Shown one piece after another: positions 58,474 through 64,000 of a stretch of 64,000 nucleotides of DNA (position 1 is the stretch's first letter; each line of letters starts with the position of its first letter). The stretch lies in the IMG/VR virus record IMGVR_UViG_3300022602_000028, one strand, 5' to 3'. A program made the position numbers and the translations under genes. Below the pieces are notes generated by a model. It was given only the letters and a program-made list of their open reading frames with translations, did no database searches and had not been told where the DNA came from. The stretch is from a virus.

Positions 58474-58502
58474 TTGACCTTGTAATAAAACTGTTATATA
58501 CT
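58474..58502 (+). promoter_or_regulatory. sigma70-type promoter TTGACC-N17-TATACT
   Basis: near-consensus -35 and -10 with a 17-nt spacer upstream of the dNMP kinase. Confidence 0.7.
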
Positions 58503-58523
58503 AGAGCTAACTTAGGGGGCTCT

Positions 58524-59159
58524 ATGATTATAGGTGTGTGCGGTTTTATTGGTTCAGGCAAAGATACTATTGCAGATTATCTTACTAACTTTCACGGTTT
58601 TCGTCGAGAATCGTTTGCAAATAGTCTTAAAGATGCAGTAGCACAAGTGTTTGGTTGGGACCGAACTATGCTAGAAGGACGCACAAAACAAGCCCGTGAA
58701 TGGCGCGAACAAGTAGATCCTTGGTGGGCAGAACGTTTAAATATGCCCGATCTAACACCTCGATGGGTATTACAATACTGGGGCACTGAAGTTTGTCGTA
58801 AGGCTTTCCATGACGATATTTGGATTGCTAGTTTGGAAAATAAACTACGCAACAGCAAAGATGACATTGTTATTAGTGACTGCCGTTTTCCTAATGAAAT
58901 TAAATCAATCAAAGATGCTGGAGGAATAGTTATTCGTGTTGTACGTGGCCCAGAACCCGACTGGTATCGAGATGCCGCAGATATGAATGCTGGTGATAAA
59001 TGCATGAATTATATGCTGGCTAAAACTCGTATGCAAAAATTAGGTATTCATGCTAGCGAAACAGCATGGGTAGGAACAAAATTTGATTATGTGTTTGCCA
59101 ACAATGGCAGTATAGATGATTTATATGATCAAGTAAAACAACTTATAAGTCCGGAATAA
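58524..59159 (+). CDS. deoxynucleoside monophosphate kinase, T4 gp1-like
   Basis: IIGVCGFIGSGKDT P-loop, TPRWVLQYWGTE, VISDCRFPNE, HASE. Confidence 0.9.
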   Translation: MIIGVCGFIGSGKDTIADYLTNFHGFRRESFANSLKDAVAQVFGWDRTMLEGRTKQAREWREQVDPWWAERLNMPDLTPRWVLQYWGTEVCRKAFHDDIWIASLENKLRNSKDDIVISDCRFPNEIKSIKDAGGIVIRVVRGPEPDWYRDAADMNAGDKCMNYMLAKTRMQKLGIHASETAWVGTKFDYVFANNGSIDDLYDQVKQLISPE

Positions 59160-59469
59160 GATCCCCCTGTTTCCATCTAATTCCTTCTTTATGCAATACC
59201 CTGGCACAATTAGCGCATACTGTTTTTAAATTTGCCGGTCGACAATTATTAAGATCTCCATCTACATGAAATGGAGCAAATATTTCTTTATGCGGACTCT
59301 TGTATCCGCATTTATCGCATGTATTTTTAACAACATAACCGGCACGTTTCCACCTAGGTTCTTTAACTCCTCGGGAACATAGCCCGCACTGACTTCTATA
59401 AAAAGCCTGTCCGTTTTTATAATAGTTAATCGATAACGGTGCTCTACCGCAAGAACATAGTGGTCTCAT
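59143..59469 (-). CDS. Zn-binding HNH-like protein
   Basis: CSC, CGLC, CDKC, HVDGDLNN...NL..VCANC. Confidence 0.7.
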   Translation of the reverse strand: MRPLCSCGRAPLSINYYKNGQAFYRSQCGLCSRGVKEPRWKRAGYVVKNTCDKCGYKSPHKEIFAPFHVDGDLNNCRPANLKTVCANCARVLHKEGIRWKQGDLIPDL

Positions 59470-59473
59470 ATTC

Positions 59474-59479
59474 TATTTA
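59474..59479 (-). promoter_or_regulatory. late promoter TAAATA
   Basis: tTAAATAgaatATG on the minus strand. Confidence 0.5.
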
Positions 59480-59533
59480 AGCCTTTTTACGACCTTTTCA
59501 TAGCTTATAACTGAGCCAAAAAAGCAAAATGCC

Positions 59534-59540
59534 ATAAATA
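59534..59540 (+). promoter_or_regulatory. late promoter ATAAATA for the sheath/tube operon
   Basis: ccATAAATAc upstream of GGAGA RBS. Confidence 0.6.
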
Positions 59541-59573
59541 CATTAACAACATGTATTCATGGAGATCATATAA

Positions 59574-62500
59574 ATGGCAACATTAAATTCACCAGGCGTA
59601 AGCGTAACAGTAGTAGATGAATCATTCTACACCCCAGCGGCAGCTGGCACTGTACCGTTATTCATTGTAGCGTCTGAACAAGATAAACAAAACGGTGCTG
59701 GAACAGGAATTGCACCTGGAACCCAACAAGCAAACGCTGGAACAGTATATTTACTAACTAGCCAAAAAGATTTATCGGATACATTTGGTATTCCGACATT
59801 TAAAACAGATGCACAAAACAATCCTATTCACGCTGGTGAGCAAAATGAATATGGTTTGGAAGCCGCATACAGTTTTTTAGGTGTAAGCAATCGTGCGTAT
59901 GTAGTACGTGCTGATGTAGATTTAGATAGCCTAACAGGCACAACAACTGCACCATACGGCGAGCCATCCGATGGAACATATTGGTTTGATACAACAGATA
60001 CTAAATTCGGTGTTTTTCAATGGAATGCCGCTCCAGCTACAACAACTGGTGGTCAAACATTTACTGAACAACAAAGTTTGAATAATTTGGCTGTAATTAC
60101 AGACACTACTAAAGTAGATACAGCAGGCTCACTTGGACTTGCCGGAGCTCCATTACCAAGTATTGGACAGTTAGGCGATTACGTAATCGTTGCAACAACT
60201 ACATTAAACAAATTATGGTTTAAAAAATATGCAAACTCAACACCTGGCGGTACATGGGTTGAAGTAGGATCTCCAGCATGGGCCGCAAGTTGGCCTGCGG
60301 CAACTGGTACGATTGCTACTGGTTCTATTACTTTACTAACTGGCGATGCGTTAGTAATCAATGGTACTAGTATTACTAGTGTAACAACATTAACTGCTTT
60401 AATTACTGCAATTAATTCTAATAGTACATTAACTGCGGCGGGAATTACAGCTTCAAACATTAATGGCTATTTAAATTTATTTACTAACGGTACAAACACA
60501 AATAATGCTTCTTATACTGGTGCTATTACACTTAGCGGATCTACAGTAGCTAAAGTTGGATTAAACTCAACAATTTATTTGGCTCCTCAATTACAATTAA
60601 GTCCACATACTAGTGTTCCGTTATTTAAAATTACTGATAACCAATCAACTAATAACGGTGCTCCAACTGGTTCAGTTTGGATCAAGACTACTAGTGCAGA
60701 TTACGGTGCAGATTGGATTATCAAAAAATATTCTGCTAGTACAAACACATGGTCTAGCCTAACTACTCAACTAGCCTTAAGTGGAAGCCATGCAATTTAT
60801 GCCTACGACCCAACAGGTGGTGGAATTAATTTAGCTATTGGTCAAGTTTACGTAAAATACAACGATGACGAAGGCGTTCCAGCATTAGGTCATTTTAAAA
60901 TTTATATTCGTAGCGCAACTGGTCCAAATACTATTACAAGTAGTTCTATATCATCAAGTACATTTACTGCTGGTGTAAACACATTTTCAGTTAGAGAAAG
61001 TGTTGTAGGCCAAGCGGCATTAGCTACACCTTATATAGTTACACCAACTGCGGCAAGCGGTACAGGTACAGTTGCTACACTAACTGTACCCACTATGTCT
61101 ACAGCATACCTTGTAGGGCAGTATATTACAGTAAGTGGCATGGTTCCAGCTGGATATAATGGTACTTATGTAGTAACAGCATCTACTACAACTAGTGTTA
61201 GCTATGCGAACACTACTACAGGTTCATTAACAACTATTGGACAAATTAATAGCGGAGTGCTTGTTTCATTCACAGCAACTGGCGCAACTACTGATGCGGC
61301 ATTAATGTCGGCTGCTTTTAACGCCGCAATGCCAGCAGGTACAAATTTAATTGCTAGTGTTTCTAATTCAAATCAACTAGTAATTACACACGGATTAGGA
61401 GGTGAGATTAGATTCAATGATGGTGCTAATACACCAATTGGAAAAATCTTTACTCCACTAAGTAATGGTGTAGGCACAACTAATTTCTATGCTAATCCAA
61501 ATGCTAATTTAACAACACAGTATGTTGCTAGTTTATGGAGTCCAGTGAACAGTGCAGGTACAGCAGTAGCTCCTGCTAGTGCAAGTGCTCCTACAACAAC
61601 TCCAGTTAATGGTACAATATGGTACAATAATTACATCGATGATGTAGATGTTTTAGTTAATAATGGATCAAGTTGGGTAGGTTATTTAACAGTTGCTGGT
61701 AAAGCAGTAAATCAATTGTATGGTTCAAGCACAACAGATCCAAACGGCCCAATTGTTAGTGCCAGTCAGCCAACAGTACAAAGCGACGGCACTCCATTAG
61801 CCCACGGTGATTTGTGGATTGATACAAGTGATTTAGAAAATTATCCATTAATTTACAAGTATAACTACTTGACTAAGAAATGGTTATTGATTAGTAATGC
61901 AGATCATACTAGTGAAAATGGTGTTATATTTGCAGATGCTCGTTGGAGTACAGATGGCGGTGTTGCTAATGGCAATACACCTAGTGCTATCGTAGATTTG
62001 TTAAACAGCAGTTTTGTAGATTTTGACGCACCAGATCCTACACTATATCCAAAAGGAATGTTATTGTGGAATCTACGTCGTAGCGGATTTAATGTATTAG
62101 AATATGTAACAAATTATGTAGATGTTAATGCACGTAATCCACGTCAGTCTAATTCTCCAATGACTACTTATTATCCAAATCGTTGGGTAACACATGCCGC
62201 TAATCAAGTTAACGGTTCCGGAGCATTTGGTCGCAAAGCAGTTCGCGAAGTAGTATTGGCTGCGTTGAACGCAACAATCCAAGGTAATCAACAAATTCGT
62301 GACGAAGAATCACGTGTGTTTAACTTGATTGCTTGCCCTGGTTATCCAGAAACAATTAGCGAACTAGTAGGATTAAATGCAGACCGTGGTTATACAGCAT
62401 TTGTAGTCGGCGATAGCCCTGCACGTTTAACACCAGATGCTACAAGTTTAAGCAACTGGGGTAACAACGTAAACAATGCAGTAGTAGATGGCGACCAAGG

Positions 62501-63182
62501 TTTAATTACAACAGATCCGTATCTTGGTGTATTTTATCCATGGGGTTACACTACAGACTTGTTAGGCAACAATATTGTTGTTCCACCCAGTCACATGATT
62601 TTACGTACTATTGCATTAAGCGATAACGTAAGCTATCCTTGGTTTGCTCCAGCAGGAACACGTCGTGGCGGAATTACAAATGCTAGCTCAGTAGGCTATG
62701 TTGATTCAGCAACTGGCGAGTTCGTAGCAACAGCATTAAACACTGGACAACGTGATACACTTGCTAGTATTCATGTAAACCCAATCACATACTTAACAGG
62801 TATTGGATTAGTAAATTATGGTCAGTACACACGTCAATTGACTGCAAGTAGTTTAGATAGAATTAACGTAGCACGTTTAGTTGTTTATCTACGCCGTCAG
62901 TTCTCACAATTAGCAAAACCATATATATTTGAACCAAACGACACAATTACACGTAATCAAATTAAACAAGCGGCTGAACAGCTATTGTTAGAATTAGTTG
63001 GACAACGTGCATTGTACGATTATCTAGTAGTGTGCGATACAAGTAATAACACACCTGCAAGAATCGATAGAAGCGAATTGTATTTAGATGTTGCTATTGA
63101 GCCAGTGAAAGCTGTTGAATTCATCTACATTCCATTACGTTTAAAAAATACCGGTGGCATTAAAGCTACTGGTGGTGTATAA
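59574..63182 (+). CDS. gp18: tail sheath protein, T4 gp18-like, with large insertions (1202 aa)
   Basis: SPGVSVTVVDESFY N-terminus; YPWFAPAGTRRG, LDRINVARL, YIFEPND..TR, IEPVKAVEFIYI C-terminus. Confidence 0.93.
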   Translation: MATLNSPGVSVTVVDESFYTPAAAGTVPLFIVASEQDKQNGAGTGIAPGTQQANAGTVYLLTSQKDLSDTFGIPTFKTDAQNNPIHAGEQNEYGLEAAYSFLGVSNRAYVVRADVDLDSLTGTTTAPYGEPSDGTYWFDTTDTKFGVFQWNAAPATTTGGQTFTEQQSLNNLAVITDTTKVDTAGSLGLAGAPLPSIGQLGDYVIVATTTLNKLWFKKYANSTPGGTWVEVGSPAWAASWPAATGTIATGSITLLTGDALVINGTSITSVTTLTALITAINSNSTLTAAGITASNINGYLNLFTNGTNTNNASYTGAITLSGSTVAKVGLNSTIYLAPQLQLSPHTSVPLFKITDNQSTNNGAPTGSVWIKTTSADYGADWIIKKYSASTNTWSSLTTQLALSGSHAIYAYDPTGGGINLAIGQVYVKYNDDEGVPALGHFKIYIRSATGPNTITSSSISSSTFTAGVNTFSVRESVVGQAALATPYIVTPTAASGTGTVATLTVPTMSTAYLVGQYITVSGMVPAGYNGTYVVTASTTTSVSYANTTTGSLTTIGQINSGVLVSFTATGATTDAALMSAAFNAAMPAGTNLIASVSNSNQLVITHGLGGEIRFNDGANTPIGKIFTPLSNGVGTTNFYANPNANLTTQYVASLWSPVNSAGTAVAPASASAPTTTPVNGTIWYNNYIDDVDVLVNNGSSWVGYLTVAGKAVNQLYGSSTTDPNGPIVSASQPTVQSDGTPLAHGDLWIDTSDLENYPLIYKYNYLTKKWLLISNADHTSENGVIFADARWSTDGGVANGNTPSAIVDLLNSSFVDFDAPDPTLYPKGMLLWNLRRSGFNVLEYVTNYVDVNARNPRQSNSPMTTYYPNRWVTHAANQVNGSGAFGRKAVREVVLAALNATIQGNQQIRDEESRVFNLIACPGYPETISELVGLNADRGYTAFVVGDSPARLTPDATSLSNWGNNVNNAVVDGDQGLITTDPYLGVFYPWGYTTDLLGNNIVVPPSHMILRTIALSDNVSYPWFAPAGTRRGGITNASSVGYVDSATGEFVATALNTGQRDTLASIHVNPITYLTGIGLVNYGQYTRQLTASSLDRINVARLVVYLRRQFSQLAKPYIFEPNDTITRNQIKQAAEQLLLELVGQRALYDYLVVCDTSNNTPARIDRSELYLDVAIEPVKAVEFIYIPLRLKNTGGIKATGGV

Positions 63183-63197
63183 TTAGGAGAACATCAA

Positions 63198-63854
63198 ATG
63201 TCAGTCGCATCATTATCAAGATTTACAGTACCATTAGCTTCGGACCAAAGTTCAGCAACTCAGGGCATGTTAATGCCCAAGTTGAAATATCGTTTTAGAA
63301 TTAGTTTTGAAAACTTTGGAACAGACAATGCTACTACAGAATTAACAAAACAAGTAGCAGAAGCCGCTCGTCCACAAGTTTCATTCGAAGACAAAACTAT
63401 CGAAGTTTATAATAGTAAAATTCACTATGCTGGTAAACCAACATGGCAGAAGATGACTATCAAACTACGTGACGATGTTACAAATGCGGTTACTAAACTA
63501 GTTGGTCAACAAGTTCAAAAACAGTTTGATTTCTTTGAACAATCTAGCGCAACAAGCGCAGGTGATTACAAGTTCACTATGCGTATCGAAATGTTAGACG
63601 GATCAAACGGTGCAGACGGAGATCCTACTAAGTCTTTAGAAACTTGGGTTCTATACGGTTGCTATGTTCAAGAAACTAATTTTGAAACATTGGCATATAA
63701 CAGTTCAGATCCAATGATGATTACATTGGGCATACAATACGACAATGCACAACAAACTGCTCCAGCAGGATTGGCGTTTGGTGCTCAAGGATTTACACAA
63801 GGTCGCGGTACAGCGGCTACAGGTGGTGGCGCACAAGCTAGTACATCGTTCTAA
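63198..63854 (+). CDS. gp19: tail tube protein, T4 gp19-like
   Basis: KLKYRFR..F, RPQVSFE, YAGKPTWQ.MTI.LRDD, W.LYGC, I.L.IQYDNA; follows the sheath gene. Confidence 0.85.
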   Translation: MSVASLSRFTVPLASDQSSATQGMLMPKLKYRFRISFENFGTDNATTELTKQVAEAARPQVSFEDKTIEVYNSKIHYAGKPTWQKMTIKLRDDVTNAVTKLVGQQVQKQFDFFEQSSATSAGDYKFTMRIEMLDGSNGADGDPTKSLETWVLYGCYVQETNFETLAYNSSDPMMITLGIQYDNAQQTAPAGLAFGAQGFTQGRGTAATGGGAQASTSF

Positions 63855-63855
63855 T

Positions 63856-63880
63856 AAAAGCCCGCTTAGGCGGGTTTTTT
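63856..63880 (+). terminator. intrinsic terminator
   Basis: AAAA-GCCCGC-TTAG-GCGGGT-TTTTT. Confidence 0.85.
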
Positions 63881-63916
63881 ATTGAATAGCCATTAACTAC
63901 CCATATTAAGATCACG

Positions 63917-63924
63917 TATAAATA
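63917..63924 (+). promoter_or_regulatory. perfect T4 late promoter TATAAATA
   Basis: gTATAAATAatagtATG. Confidence 0.7.
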
Positions 63925-63929
63925 ATAGT

Positions 63930-64000
63930 ATGGCATTTACACCCTCAAATCAATTAGTTGCAGATTCGTTCGTTAATCTACGAGACTGGGAACACGCGGC
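63930..64000 (+). CDS. 5' fragment of the next tail/baseplate gene (truncated by window end)
   Basis: MAFTPSNQLVADSFVNLRDWEHA..., open to the end of the window. Confidence 0.55.
   Translation, partial: MAFTPSNQLVADSFVNLRDWEHA

Noticed and set aside
59143-59469. Mobile homing endonuclease insertion
   Set aside because: It does not interrupt a gene, is only 108 aa, has its own late-type promoter and has a degenerate HNH end. It is kept only as an HNH-like CDS.
676-62294. Numerous 60-180-aa antisense or alternate-frame ORFs (e.g. 3981..4529, 7184..7393, 38815..39237, 48379..48870)
   Set aside because: They are shadows of low-complexity or strongly codon-biased real genes, with no RBS, promoter or recognisable motif.
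65-63854. Stop-codon reassignment (code 15 or code 4) or selenocysteine in the Cys-rich genes
   Set aside because: All genes, including the Cys-rich pair, are full length under code 11 with no in-frame TAG or TGA needed.

Overview
This window is the virion morphogenesis region of a large, AT-rich, T4-superfamily-like myovirus. It contains head genes (portal, protease, scaffold, major capsid), neck and tail-completion genes, an enlarged tail sheath, a tail tube, a baseplate-hub/tail-assembly gene and a probable tape measure protein. About 43 kb is putative fibre/baseplate genes (up to 4005 aa), interrupted by an enzyme cassette: two 2OG-Fe(II) oxygenases, an SGNH-like protein, a GT9-like glycosyltransferase, a NodU/CmcH carbamoyltransferase and a GmhB-like HAD protein. 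Most transcription units start at a T4-late-like (A)TAAATA motif. The most notable observations are: (1) a candidate programmed -1 frameshift (T TTT TTC) joining the gp26-like gene to a downstream frame, as in lambda G/GT; (2) two paralogous Gly-rich proteins with about 50 Cys each, next to the enzyme cassette; (3) a 1438-residue fibre segment with only 4 charged residues, built from nested mobile modules that also occur in the sheath; (4) six genes that look leaderless; (5) two multi-hairpin 5' leaders; (6) a GmhB homologue lacking its catalytic residues. All family assignments come from motif recognition by eye; no database search or computation was run.
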